Source of the DNA: a virus
Taxonomy: Duplodnaviria; Caudoviricetes
IMG/VR virus record: IMGVR_UViG_3300044608_002164
Location: 1-35,350 of that record
Reading direction: 5' to 3' (one strand)
Length of the DNA stretch: 35,350 nt
Shown: positions 1 through 8,749 of the stretch, piece by piece
Layout: each line of letters opens with the position of its first letter
Numbering within the stretch: position 1 is the stretch's first letter
Translations under genes and position numbers: made by a program
Notes under the pieces: generated by a model
Database searches by the model: none
What the model was told of the DNA's origin: nothing
What the model saw: the letters and a program-made list of their open reading frames with translations, nothing else

Positions 1-2
1 TG

Positions 3-503
3 GAGATCCGCGGCGGCCTCACCGTCAAGGAGTCCCGCATGATCTCGGCCATGCTGGCGGAGCACGAATCCGCCTTGGTGACTAGCGCCAAGCTGGCCGA
101 CGCCATCGCCACGGCCGAGAACATCACCATCACGGAAGCCTTCGACATCGTGCAGGCGGCCGTGCGCGGCGCCGACCTGGAGACCGCGGCTCGCGCCATC
201 ATGCTGCGCCACGCCGCCGAAATCGCCAAAATCGCCAACCTCCTCCAAAGCAGCAACGACTTCCCCGACGAGGCCACCGTCACCGCGCTCATCCAGACCC
301 GCTGCAACCGCCCCGACTGGTCCCACGCCGACACTCTCGGCCTCGATGGAGCGATCTTCCGAGGAATCCTGGAGTTCGCCGCCGAGGAGCAGGCCGCCGA
401 GAACATGCCCGCCTCCCGCCCCTCTGAGGACGAGCTAAAAAAGCCGCCGCAGGACAGCGCGGAAACCCCCAAACGCCGTGGGACGAAATCTTCTGGGACC
501 TAG
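3..503 (+). CDS. Tail assembly chaperone (gpG-like), probably 5'-partial
   Basis: Frame is open from the left edge through ATG 39. Helical acidic protein ending ...SEDELKK, with the slippery heptamer A AAA AAG at 437-443 shortly before the stop. Confidence 0.7.
   Translation, partial: EIRGGLTVKESRMISAMLAEHESALVTSAKLADAIATAENITITEAFDIVQAAVRGADLETAARAIMLRHAAEIAKIANLLQSSNDFPDEATVTALIQTRCNRPDWSHADTLGLDGAIFRGILEFAAEEQAAENMPASRPSEDELKKPPQDSAETPKRRGTKSSGT
437..443 (+). other. Programmed -1 ribosomal frameshift site (A AAA AAG)
   Basis: Codons CTA AAA AAG (435-443) in the upstream frame. The -1 frame then stays open for 216 codons. Confidence 0.8.
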
Positions 504-1093
504 CCCACGGCTTCCCAGGCCAGTTCCACCGCACCACCTTTGAGGACGAGCTTCGCGGCGTCGTCCTCGCTGCTTGGCGCCACCTCCAGCGCATCCAGCA
601 CGATCAGGCGCACCTCCACGAGCTGCCCATCGCCGCCCTCCAAGCCCTCACCGCCAACATCAACCGCGACACCAAGTCCCGCCCCAAGGCGTTCACGACT
701 GCCGAGTTTGTCATCTTCCGCCGCAGCGAGACCGACGACACCCTCCTGCCCGGTCCTGTCGCCGCCACCGCTCTCGCCCTCCGCGCCGAGCACAAGGACT
801 CCCCCATCCTGCTCGCCGCGTGGGATCAGATACTCGCCAGCGCTGACGAGACCTCCCGCCCACCCCACATCCGCGCTCTCCACTCCGACGACAAACAGGT
901 TTGGGTCCTTTGCCCCGAGTGGGAAGGCCCCAACATCCGCGGCGGCCTCGTGGCAGTCGGTGACCACCTCCACGGCCCCATCCGCCTCCGCGACGTGGAT
1001 CGCCCACTCTCCACCTACACGGTCATCCTCCCTGACCGCCGCACCTTCGCATGGCTGGAGGCCGGCCTCCTCCTGCAGACCCGGGAAAACTAG
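443..1093 (+). CDS. Frameshift extension (gpT-like part of the G-T fusion); not in the ORF track
   Basis: My translation: AAAGQRGNPQTPWDEIFWDLAHGFPGQFHRTTFEDELRGVVLAAWRHLQRIQHDQAHLHELPIAALQALTANINRD...WLEAGLLLQTREN, TAG 1091-1093. No ATG in frame. Codon usage is C-ending like flanking genes. Confidence 0.8.
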   Translation, partial: AAAGQRGNPQTPWDEIFWDLAHGFPGQFHRTTFEDELRGVVLAAWRHLQRIQHDQAHLHELPIAALQALTANINRDTKSRPKAFTTAEFVIFRRSETDDTLLPGPVAATALALRAEHKDSPILLAAWDQILASADETSRPPHIRALHSDDKQVWVLCPEWEGPNIRGGLVAVGDHLHGPIRLRDVDRPLSTYTVILPDRRTFAWLEAGLLLQTREN

Positions 1094-1094
1094 G
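1084..1094 (+). promoter_or_regulatory. Late-gene motif GGAAAACTAGG, copy 1
   Basis: One of six GG(A/C)AA(A/C)CTAGG copies; 23 nt before GTG 1118. Confidence 0.65.
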
Positions 1095-1117
1095 CACAGG
1101 CCCCCTGCAGTGGTGCG

Positions 1118-1570
1118 GTGAACATCCTGCAGCTCCGCGCCGAGATCGAAGACCTCCTCACCGACGAGCTGGGCGTCTACACCCTGCCCAACGGCGAGAC
1201 CACCCCAGCCATCTCCGTCCGCGCCGATGGCGAGGCCCTCCCCGCCGGAACCACCGCCGAAGGTCTAGAGGTCGTCATCATCCGCGACCCTGACCTCACC
1301 CCAATCCTGCAATACTCCGAGGCCGGCACCCTCAAGCGGTGGATCATCTTCCTCGTGGTGTGGAGCACCTACGTCGAGGTCGAAGTCGCCGCCGCCAAGC
1401 TGATCTACGCCTACGCCGGTAGCCGCCTCGACACCGTTCCGGTCCCGCGTGGCACCGGCCCGATCAGCCAAACCCGCCTCGTCATCCCGAGTCCTCCGCC
1501 GCCTGTCGAAGTCCCGGCTGGCGAGGGCGTCTACGTCCCCGACGTGTTCGAGGTCGGAGTCTTCGTCTAA
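1118..1570 (+). CDS. Putative virion protein (tail terminator/completion-like)
   Basis: 150 aa, typical codon usage, preceded by the late motif. Function is inferred from size, context and the LRAEIEDLL...PAISV pattern only. Confidence 0.45.
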   Translation: MNILQLRAEIEDLLTDELGVYTLPNGETTPAISVRADGEALPAGTTAEGLEVVIIRDPDLTPILQYSEAGTLKRWIIFLVVWSTYVEVEVAAAKLIYAYAGSRLDTVPVPRGTGPISQTRLVIPSPPPPVEVPAGEGVYVPDVFEVGVFV

Positions 1571-1582
1571 CCACCGGCCACA

Positions 1583-1593
1583 GGAAAACTAGG
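1583..1593 (+). promoter_or_regulatory. Late-gene motif GGAAAACTAGG, copy 2
   Basis: Intergenic, 16 nt before GTG 1610. Confidence 0.65.
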
Positions 1594-1609
1594 TCAGAAG
1601 ACCGCTTCC

Positions 1610-1819
1610 GTGCTTGTGGGACCTGAGCTACTCGCCGCCGGGATTGCCGCGATCGGCCTCAGCGGTGCAGGCGTCGCTGCCCTCTGGAAGATCGCCAACG
1701 GCCTGGGCAAGTTCGAGGCCCGCACCACCACAATCCTCAGCGGCATCCAGGAGATGCTGAGCGACCACGAGCAGCGCCTCCGATACGTGGAACGCCGCGC
1801 CCCAGACGGCGACCGCTGA
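1610..1819 (+). CDS. Small membrane protein with coiled coil (lysis cassette, holin/XhlA-like)
   Basis: N-terminal hydrophobic helix, C-terminal MLSDHEQRLRYVE heptads, upstream of the endolysin. Confidence 0.5.
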   Translation: MLVGPELLAAGIAAIGLSGAGVAALWKIANGLGKFEARTTTILSGIQEMLSDHEQRLRYVERRAPDGDR

Positions 1820-1835
1820 GTCCCGCGGCTGTAGC

Positions 1836-2072
1836 ATGACCTCGTACACGCCTATCAGAATAGTCATGCCGGTCGTGAGCTACTTGATCGACAACTGGCG
1901 GCAGGTCTTCGAGGTCGTTATCGCGGCCCATGCCGTGGCCTTGATGATCGTCAACCTTACCCCGACCCCCAAGGACGACCGGGCCGTGGGCGCAATCGGA
2001 GCTGCCCTGCCCAAGCTCTACCGAGCCCTCGAAATCCTCGCCGGGATCGTGCTACCCATGGCCAAGCGCTGA
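1836..2072 (+). CDS. Putative holin (start may be ATG 1866)
   Basis: Hydrophobic, contains IVNLTPTPKDD, and lies immediately before the endolysin. Confidence 0.55.
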   Translation: MTSYTPIRIVMPVVSYLIDNWRQVFEVVIAAHAVALMIVNLTPTPKDDRAVGAIGAALPKLYRALEILAGIVLPMAKR

Positions 2073-2076
2073 GCCG

Positions 2077-3231
2077 ATGACCTACGCCTCCGTCCGCACC
2101 GCCGTAGAGCACGCCATCCGCCAGGGCCATCTGCTCCCGCACCAGCTCGCCGCCTTCGAGGCCCTCGACCGCGATCTGACCGCAACCCAGCGCCAGACCT
2201 TCACCGACGACTGGCGCTCCACCGGCAGCCCCGCAGCCGCCGCCACCCCCATCTGGATGGCCCCTGCCCGCGCCATCGTCAAGGAGTTCGAGGCGTGCCA
2301 CCTACGGGCTTCCCTCGACCCCGCCAACGCTTGGACCCTGGGGTGGGGCCACACCGGCCTCGATGTCCGCGAAGGCGTCGCCATCACCCAAGCCCAGGCC
2401 GACACCCTCCTCGATCAAGACCTCACCTACTTCGCCGAGGGCATCCACCGCCTCCTCCCCGGCGCCAACAAGCTCGGCGGCAGGCAGCAGGCCGCCCTGA
2501 TCTCCTGGGCCTTCGACGTGGGCCTCGCCGCGGTGGACACCAGCATGTTGCGCCGCCGCATCCTCGCGGGCGAGTCGTACGTCACCGTCATCCCGCAGGA
2601 GCTGCCGCGGTGGAACAAGGCGGACGGCATCGTCATGGTCGGGATGGTTCGCCGCCGGGCCGCGGAGGTGGCTCTCTTCGTCGGCAACACGGGCCGCACC
2701 AACCCGCTGCCAGTTCCCTACTTCGCGCAGCTCGACAGCAAGACCGATCAGGGCCGCCGCATGTGCTTCTCCAGCTCGTGCGCCATGCTGCTCCAATTCC
2801 TGAAACCGGGGCTCCTCACGGGCCCCAACGGCGACGATCAGTACCTCGCCCGGGTCCGCAGCTTCGGAGACACCACGAGTCCCTTGGCCCAAACCCGCGC
2901 TCTTGCGTCGTACGGCCTCCCCGCTGAGTACATCCAGAACGCCGACTTCGCTCTGGTGGAGCGCCTGATCGATGCCGGCATCCCTGTGCCCTGCGGCTAC
3001 CTCCATCGCGGCCCCGTCTCCGCTCCCGCGGGCGGCGGCCATTGGCTCACCATCGTGGGCTACACCCCAACCCACGTCATCGTCCACGATCCACTCGGCG
3101 AGGCCGACCTCGTAACCGGGGCAACGCTTGACCGCCCTGCCCGTTTCTGTCGCTACAGTCGCGAGAACTTCGGCCGCCGCTGGATGGTCGAGGGCCCCGG
3201 AAGCGGCTGGGCAATCGTCGCCAAGCGCTAG
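2077..3231 (+). CDS. Endolysin: GH24 lysozyme fused to a C39-like cysteine peptidase
   Basis: EFEACHLRASLDPANAWTLGWGHT (E-x8-D-x5-T triad) and RWNKA...RRRAAEVALF. C-terminal VPYFAQ...CFSSSCAM, GGGHWLTIVGY, VHDP (Cys-His-Asp). Confidence 0.85.
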   Translation: MTYASVRTAVEHAIRQGHLLPHQLAAFEALDRDLTATQRQTFTDDWRSTGSPAAAATPIWMAPARAIVKEFEACHLRASLDPANAWTLGWGHTGLDVREGVAITQAQADTLLDQDLTYFAEGIHRLLPGANKLGGRQQAALISWAFDVGLAAVDTSMLRRRILAGESYVTVIPQELPRWNKADGIVMVGMVRRRAAEVALFVGNTGRTNPLPVPYFAQLDSKTDQGRRMCFSSSCAMLLQFLKPGLLTGPNGDDQYLARVRSFGDTTSPLAQTRALASYGLPAEYIQNADFALVERLIDAGIPVPCGYLHRGPVSAPAGGGHWLTIVGYTPTHVIVHDPLGEADLVTGATLDRPARFCRYSRENFGRRWMVEGPGSGWAIVAKR

Positions 3232-3258
3232 ACTCTCACTGTTCAGCGCTTCCGCTCC

Positions 3259-3525
3259 ATGGCACAGGCCGACTGGATGATCCCACGTCCATCCTTGGCA
3301 GCTCAGGCCCAACTGGAGTACAGCCTGCGGGTGCTGCAAGCAGAAGGGCCCGCCGAATGCGACAAGGTGCTATCCATCGCCGCCGATCTCATGCGCCAAA
3401 ATATGCACTACAAAACGTTACTCAACCAAGCCATTGCCCACATCACCCAGTTGGAAGCGTTGGCAGCTCTGCACGATCGTACTCCTGCTCTATGCGACTC
3501 ATGTAAAGCCGCAGTCGATTCGTAG
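3259..3525 (+). CDS. Hypothetical helical protein
   Basis: 88 aa, TAGACT -10-like hexamer at 3229-3234. The 3' end overlaps the convergent sigma gene by 83 nt. Confidence 0.6.
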   Translation: MAQADWMIPRPSLAAQAQLEYSLRVLQAEGPAECDKVLSIAADLMRQNMHYKTLLNQAIAHITQLEALAALHDRTPALCDSCKAAVDS

Positions 3526-4378
3526 CCTTCGTGTAGACCTGCAAAACCCGCTGCCGGCTGACGCCATGGGCCTTCCCGATATCCGACCAATTCTGCGCCG
3601 TGTACCCGTCAAGCCCTAGCCTCCTGTTCACGATGTCCCGATCGCGCTCAGGCAATCTCACCACTGCCTGCATGATCAGGCCAATCCTCTCCTCCTGAAC
3701 CATGTTGTCCAGCGGCCCCTCGCCCTCCACGTCATCCGTGAGCGTGTTGACGATGGAGGTCCCATCGCCCTCCCGCACAACCAAGTCGAGCGACACCGGC
3801 GGCTGTCCCCGCTCCAAGTAGAGCAACACATCCTGCGGAGTCACACCGAACTCCTCCGCCAGCTCAGCAGTTGTAGGCGCCCTGCCCAGCTCCATCCGCA
3901 ACCGCTGCGTTCTAGCGCCCCAGTTCGCCGCCATATCTCCGATCTTCCCGGGCATATGCACCGATCGATCCTTCTTGATGATGGCGCGTGTGATGCCCTG
4001 CCGGATCCACCAATAGGCATAGGTCGAGAACTTATACCCCATCGAGGGGTCGTAGCGGTGGACCGCCGTGATGAGGCCAATGTTGCCCTCCTGCACCAGA
4101 TCCATCAGGTCCATGCTCTTGGTGACGCGGCTGTAGCGCTTGGCGCAGGACACCACGAGCCGCAGGTTGCTGCGCACAAACTTGCGCTCCGCCCGCTCCC
4201 CAAGCGCCACCTCCCGCCGCTCCTGCGGCGTCAGTTCCCGCTCCATCGCCTTGAGTTCCTGTGCTCTGCGCACCTTCCTCCCGAGGTCGATCTCCTGGTC
4301 GGGAGTCAGCAGCGGCACCCGCCCGATCTCGTTGAGGTAGGCGTGCGAGGTGCTTTCGCCGGTTGTCAGCGTCTTCAT
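3443..4378 (-). CDS. RpoD-like sigma70 factor lacking region 1.1
   Basis: YLNEIGRVPLLT (1.2), NLRLVVSCAKRY, DLVQEGNIGLITAV, YKFSTYAYWWIRQGITRAI (2.3-2.4), IGKAHGVSRQRVLQV (region 4 HTH). Confidence 0.95.
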   Translation of the reverse strand: MKTLTTGESTSHAYLNEIGRVPLLTPDQEIDLGRKVRRAQELKAMERELTPQERREVALGERAERKFVRSNLRLVVSCAKRYSRVTKSMDLMDLVQEGNIGLITAVHRYDPSMGYKFSTYAYWWIRQGITRAIIKKDRSVHMPGKIGDMAANWGARTQRLRMELGRAPTTAELAEEFGVTPQDVLLYLERGQPPVSLDLVVREGDGTSIVNTLTDDVEGEGPLDNMVQEERIGLIMQAVVRLPERDRDIVNRRLGLDGYTAQNWSDIGKAHGVSRQRVLQVYTKATNRLRLYMSRIEQEYDRAELPTLPTG

Positions 4379-5121
4379 GGTGCGAGTCGTGCGCGAGTGA
4401 GTCGAGTCTTCTTATACCAAGCCGCGATCTCCGGCGCCCACGCCTCAAGATGCGGCCACATCAAATCGCAGAGCTGCCGGATCTCCAGCTGCGCATCCGC
4501 CTTAGCCCGCAGATCCAGGAAGTGCAGCATGGCACGCAAACTGAAGCTCACCACAAAATGCTGCCTGTAGTCGAACGGTAACATTCCGCGGGCGTGTTCT
4601 TCAGCGTAGCCGTAGATACGTGTCCAGTAAAGGTACTTAATGGCGGCGTCCTTACAGCAGAACAGTATGTCTTCCTTACGCTGTATGTCGGTGTAGGTGT
4701 AACTCGTACCACTACGGTCGGTGTAGTCTCCGGCTGGGCGCAGGTAGAACACTTCTTCCAGATCGAGGTCTCCATTGGCGGCGCGGCAGATGCGCTCGCC
4801 CGTATAGCGCATCGACTGCACGTCGAAGCTCACACCGACACGGTGCGTTCGCGCCTGCTGCATCACCGAATGAGGGAACCACCCCACGTTGAGTGTGATC
4901 TGCGGGTGCTCCAGCGGCCCGTAATGCCCCCTATCGCCCGCCAGCAACCGCTGCACACAAATCTCCCCAGCACGAGTCTCATCAGGCCAATTCGCCCGAT
5001 CGTCGTAGACATAACCCTCGCTATAATCTTGGTGCATAGCCGCATAAATGCACTGCTGCGGATTCGGCGTAGCCGTAATAAGATCCACCCGAAACAGCGG
5101 ATCCATCGGTGTGTCAGTCAT
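4375..5121 (-). CDS. thyX: Flavin-dependent thymidylate synthase
   Basis: GHYGPLEH, QQARTHRVGVSFDVQSMRY signature, HFLDLRAKADAQLEIR. Confidence 0.95.
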   Translation of the reverse strand: MTDTPMDPLFRVDLITATPNPQQCIYAAMHQDYSEGYVYDDRANWPDETRAGEICVQRLLAGDRGHYGPLEHPQITLNVGWFPHSVMQQARTHRVGVSFDVQSMRYTGERICRAANGDLDLEEVFYLRPAGDYTDRSGTSYTYTDIQRKEDILFCCKDAAIKYLYWTRIYGYAEEHARGMLPFDYRQHFVVSFSLRAMLHFLDLRAKADAQLEIRQLCDLMWPHLEAWAPEIAAWYKKTRLTRARLAP

Positions 5122-5371
5122 TGTAGGTAGGCTCCTCTACGGGATATACATTAACCTGCCAACCATGCTTTTGCATACTTTTTGTTAATGCTGCAACCAC
5201 AAGCTGTGCGGTGCTCTCCGGCTTCCATGTGCAAGCGTCTTCAGCTACATCGGTGAACATAGCGTCCAAATCACCGGATTTGTTTGGTATAAAACCGGTC
5301 ACATATACAGTGGTGCCGTCTACGTGCGCGGATACCCCGTAGCGCGTTTCGGTCTTAATGTTTTGGCCCAT
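5114..5371 (-). CDS. Hypothetical protein
   Basis: ORF overlapping the thyX start; ATG 5371 preferred over the track's 5386. Lower GC than neighbours. Confidence 0.6.
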   Translation of the reverse strand: MGQNIKTETRYGVSAHVDGTTVYVTGFIPNKSGDLDAMFTDVAEDACTWKPESTAQLVVAALTKSMQKHGWQVNVYPVEEPTYND

Positions 5372-5436
5372 GGGCTGTGTGAACAACCCACTTACACTAG
5401 CAGGGTAGTACCGCCGCCCGCGCCCTAGTCACAAAA

Positions 5437-5694
5437 CTACACACTCTGCTGCTTCGTGCGCTGGCGCCCCTGCACGCGGCGCCGCACCGCCTCCGCCCAC
5501 AGCGCCCCATCCGCCGCCTCGGCAGCCCGGTAGTCCGACGCCGGCAGATCCTGCTGCAGTCGTTCGTAGACCCACTGCCGGATCAGCGCCGTCACCTTCA
5601 TGTTCTTGGCCTGCGCTTCCCGCTCCAGCAGCTCGTACCTGTGCGGGTCCAGCAGCACCTGAGCGTAGAACTTGCAGCCCTGGCGCACCGCCAT
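5437..5694 (-). CDS. Small DNA-binding protein (ribbon-helix-helix-like)
   Basis: FYAQVLLDPHRYELLEREAQAKNMKVTALIRQWVYERL fits a strand-helix-helix pattern. TAGACT -10-like hexamer at 5720-5715. Confidence 0.55.
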   Translation of the reverse strand: MAVRQGCKFYAQVLLDPHRYELLEREAQAKNMKVTALIRQWVYERLQQDLPASDYRAAEAADGALWAEAVRRRVQGRQRTKQQSV

Positions 5695-5738
5695 TGTGTC
5701 ACACAGAAAATGTCAGTCTACAGTACCACTCCAAACAA

Positions 5739-5930
5739 TCAAGAACCGCTGCGCCGCGCCCTCGACTGCCGCCGCTTGTCCTGACACCCCTTTCTGCAGT
5801 CGTACGCGAACTCCAGAAACGCCGCAGCCCGCAGGATCTCCCCCGCGGTGGCACGCGACACAGCCTTCCCAAGCCGCACCATGACAATCTGCCTGCCTGT
5901 GAGCGCCGGCTTGCTTTCAGGCTCCGACAC
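5739..5930 (-). CDS. Hypothetical basic protein
   Basis: 63 aa, TACACT -10-like hexamer at 5960-5955. Confidence 0.5.
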   Translation of the reverse strand: MSEPESKPALTGRQIVMVRLGKAVSRATAGEILRAAAFLEFAYDCRKGCQDKRRQSRARRSGS

Positions 5931-5966
5931 TCCACAGGCAAGCAGTTGTATGACAGTGTAGCGGCG

Positions 5967-7799
5967 CTACTTGGCCTCGCTCCACGTCCTCCCGATCTTG
6001 GCCTCAGCCAGCGGTGGCACGTCCCCGAGCCACCGGCTTTCCGCCTCCTCCATCACCTGGGCCAGCGTCACAGCCCAGCGCTCCGCCGCATCCTCGCGCA
6101 CCAGCAGGATCAGTTCGTCGTGGATCGCCCCCGCCAGCCGCACCTCCGCCTCTCCCGCCTCCCTGAGCAGCGGCCACAGCTTCCCGAGCGTCAGCTTCAT
6201 CACCGCCGCACCGGCCCCCTGGATCGGGGTGTTGCATCGAGTGGTGAGCTTGTTGTGCTCCCCCGGCAGGAACCGCCGCAGGTTCGACACCCGCACCCGC
6301 AGCGACGCATCCTTCCCCGAGTTCTGCGCCGCCGCGGCGTTGTTGCGCTGCCACTTCGAGATCCCCGCATAGGCCGCGTGGAACTTGTCCCGAATCGCGT
6401 TGGCCTCGTCGAGCGTCATCTGAATCCCGCTGGCCCCCGCGTACGACCGCAACCCCTTCGCCCCGCTGCCGTAGAGCAGGCCGAAGTTCGCACTCTTGGC
6501 AATCTGCCGCTGCTCCTTCTTGACCTCCGACTCGTCGTCGAGCCCGTAGATCGCCATGGCCGTGATCGTGTGCAGGTCCTGCCCGGCTTGGAAGGCGCTC
6601 ACCATTCGGACATCCCCGGACTCCGCGGCGGCCAGTCGCAGCTCCATCTGGGCGTAGTCCGCCACCACGAACACATGCCCCTCCGGCGCCACAACACAAG
6701 CCCGGAACCGCGGATCCCGCGGCACCTGCTGCAGATTGGGGTTGAAGCAGCTCATCCTCCCCGTGTCCGCACCCATCTGCCAGTAGCTGGCCCGAATGAA
6801 CCCGTCAATCTCATGGTGAGACAAAAGAGACTCAACCATCTGCCGCCGCTTCTCCACCCGCTTCCACGCCAGGTACTGCGCCACCACCGGATGGTCCGCC
6901 ACGTACTCCCGCAGCGCCGCCCTGCTGGCGCTGGCATTCCCGTCAGCATCCTTTGGCACCTGCCCCAGCAGCGCGGTGAACACATCGAGGAGCTGCTTGG
7001 GCGAGTTCAGGTTGAACCCCGCCGGCCGCTTGTCCCCACCACGCACCGTCCCCGTCGCCTTCGGCCGCAGGTTCAACGACCCATCAGGATCCCGCGGTAA
7101 CTTCTTCTCCTCGGGCAGCGCGGCATCCAGCGCCACGATGAACTCCTCCCCAAGTCGAACGTTGTCGGCCCCCAGCTCATCCCGCAGCGCCTCCAGCTTC
7201 TCGCGGTCGAACGGCAGCCCCGTCCTCCGCAACTGCGCCATCGCCGGCAGCGCCTTGCACTCCAGCGCCCACGCCCCCATCAGGGCCCCAAACTGCAGCC
7301 TCTCCAGCAGCAGCGGCCATAGCTCCACCAGCACCATCACGTCGAGCGCCGCGTACTGGAGCTGCTCGGGCCGCAGCTCCGAACTCCAGTCCGACTTCTG
7401 CTCCTCCTTGCTCAGCTCGCGCTTCAGGTAGCGCGAAACGAGGTGCTGGAGGCCATGCCGGATATTGGGCATCCCGTTGGTGAGCACCCGGCTGGCCAGC
7501 ATCGTGCAGAACACCTCCCCCTCCGGGTAAAGGTCGTGCGCCTGCAACCATCCCAAGTCGAACACGGCATTGTGCGCCACCCAGCGGCGCCGCTGCCCGA
7601 GGAACCGACCCACGGCGTCCCAGCCGCTGTCCTCCAGCTCCCAGCAGTCGATCACCACCGGGAACTCACCATCCGCGGCAAATTGCAGAAGGCGCATTCC
7701 CCCGGCCACAGGCTTCAACCCCGTGGTCTCACAGTCGAATGCCACAACCTCGGCATTCTCCAGCGTGGGCAGGTGCTGGACCCCAAAGTAGGTTTTCAT
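5967..7799 (-). CDS. polA: Family A DNA polymerase with 3'-5' exonuclease domain
   Basis: Exo I FDCETTG, Exo II HNAVFDL, Exo III YAALD; TGRMSCFNPNLQQVP; motif A ADYAQMELR, motif B KSANFGLLYG, motif C IHDELI. Confidence 0.97.
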   Translation of the reverse strand: MKTYFGVQHLPTLENAEVVAFDCETTGLKPVAGGMRLLQFAADGEFPVVIDCWELEDSGWDAVGRFLGQRRRWVAHNAVFDLGWLQAHDLYPEGEVFCTMLASRVLTNGMPNIRHGLQHLVSRYLKRELSKEEQKSDWSSELRPEQLQYAALDVMVLVELWPLLLERLQFGALMGAWALECKALPAMAQLRRTGLPFDREKLEALRDELGADNVRLGEEFIVALDAALPEEKKLPRDPDGSLNLRPKATGTVRGGDKRPAGFNLNSPKQLLDVFTALLGQVPKDADGNASASRAALREYVADHPVVAQYLAWKRVEKRRQMVESLLSHHEIDGFIRASYWQMGADTGRMSCFNPNLQQVPRDPRFRACVVAPEGHVFVVADYAQMELRLAAAESGDVRMVSAFQAGQDLHTITAMAIYGLDDESEVKKEQRQIAKSANFGLLYGSGAKGLRSYAGASGIQMTLDEANAIRDKFHAAYAGISKWQRNNAAAAQNSGKDASLRVRVSNLRRFLPGEHNKLTTRCNTPIQGAGAAVMKLTLGKLWPLLREAGEAEVRLAGAIHDELILLVREDAAERWAVTLAQVMEEAESRWLGDVPPLAEAKIGRTWSEAK

Positions 7800-7801
7800 T
7801 G

Positions 7802-8047
7802 TCAGTTGTTGTTGATAAGTTGCCAGTCGTCAATCTCACGCCCAAACATATCCATCAGCTCACGATCTGTCGGCCCGATTCTCGTGTCATCAGAAACGTA
7901 CAGGGTGCCTCGGAACAGGGCAGGCCCGTACTCCGGCGGGTCCAAGTCGGTCGCCGGCCTGAGCAGCACCGCGTCCTCCAGGACAGCATCAACCACAAGA
8001 AAGTCGCCATCACACTTCACATCACGGATCTCAAGAACCACGCTCAC
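7802..8047 (-). CDS. Hypothetical acidic protein
   Basis: 81 aa, coupled to the upstream gene; contains PATDLDPPEYGPAL. Confidence 0.65.
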   Translation of the reverse strand: MSVVLEIRDVKCDGDFLVVDAVLEDAVLLRPATDLDPPEYGPALFRGTLYVSDDTRIGPTDRELMDMFGREIDDWQLINNN

Positions 8048-8418
8048 GCAACACCTCCCTCGGGTGCCGCAACTGCGGCGTCCTCGTGCACCTTTGCCTC
8101 ATCTGCGAGACTGCGCACAAGGTCAAGCCGCTCCTCGCAGTTCCGCTTGTACTGCCTATACCGCTCAATAGCCGGGCTATCCATTCCCAGCCAATCACTG
8201 TACTCGTAGTACGACATACTCAGGAACATCTGGATGTCCTGCATCCCCTCCAGCATCATCTTGTGATGGTACGGGGAAATGCCGAGCCTCTGGCACTCGG
8301 CAATCTCTCTATTCAGCACCGTGCAGCCGTGCTCAATCGCCAGTACCCACGCAAACAACTTGTCATTGGGGGCTACGGCAACGGGTACGGGTTCGGTTAG
8401 GCAACGTGGTTGATTCAT
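8044..8418 (-). CDS. Hypothetical protein
   Basis: 124 aa in the same operon, with a GTGA overlap to the next gene. Confidence 0.6.
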   Translation of the reverse strand: MNQPRCLTEPVPVAVAPNDKLFAWVLAIEHGCTVLNREIAECQRLGISPYHHKMMLEGMQDIQMFLSMSYYEYSDWLGMDSPAIERYRQYKRNCEERLDLVRSLADEAKVHEDAAVAAPEGGVA

Positions 8419-8445
8419 TGGGTGGTTAGCGAATGCGGCCGGTCA

Positions 8446-8480
8446 GGCCCGCGGCAACCCTAAGCGGAATACCACGGGCC
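8446..8480 (-). other. Intergenic stem-loop
   Basis: Minus strand GGCCCGTGGTA...TGCCGCGGGCC forms an 11-bp stem with two G-U pairs and no U tract. Confidence 0.35.
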
Positions 8481-8494
8481 GAACCACCCACACG

Positions 8495-8746
8495 TCACAC
8501 TTCGTAACAATCGCATTCCGAGAGCACCGTGAGGTCGTACCCCTGCTCCTCGGCCTGCTCGATGGCCATGAGGACGACCGTTGGGCCGCCCTCAAAGTCC
8601 GAGACCGCGAACTCCTCGACGGTATCGGCTAGGCCCTCGTGGAACCACGTCAGGCGCAGCACCGCCAGCACCTCCGGCCCCACCTCCCCCTGGACAAACC
8701 TCACCATCGGCCTGCGGTGAGACTCACGCGACTTGGATTGCGTCAT
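8495..8746 (-). CDS. Hypothetical protein
   Basis: 83 aa, starts 3 nt after the primase stop. Confidence 0.6.
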   Translation of the reverse strand: MTQSKSRESHRRPMVRFVQGEVGPEVLAVLRLTWFHEGLADTVEEFAVSDFEGGPTVVLMAIEQAEEQGYDLTVLSECDCYEV

Positions 8747-8749
8747 GGC

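Noticed and set aside
540-1121. 193-aa Ser/Pro-rich ORF in the track
   Set aside because: Shadow frame of the -1 frameshift product at 443-1093.
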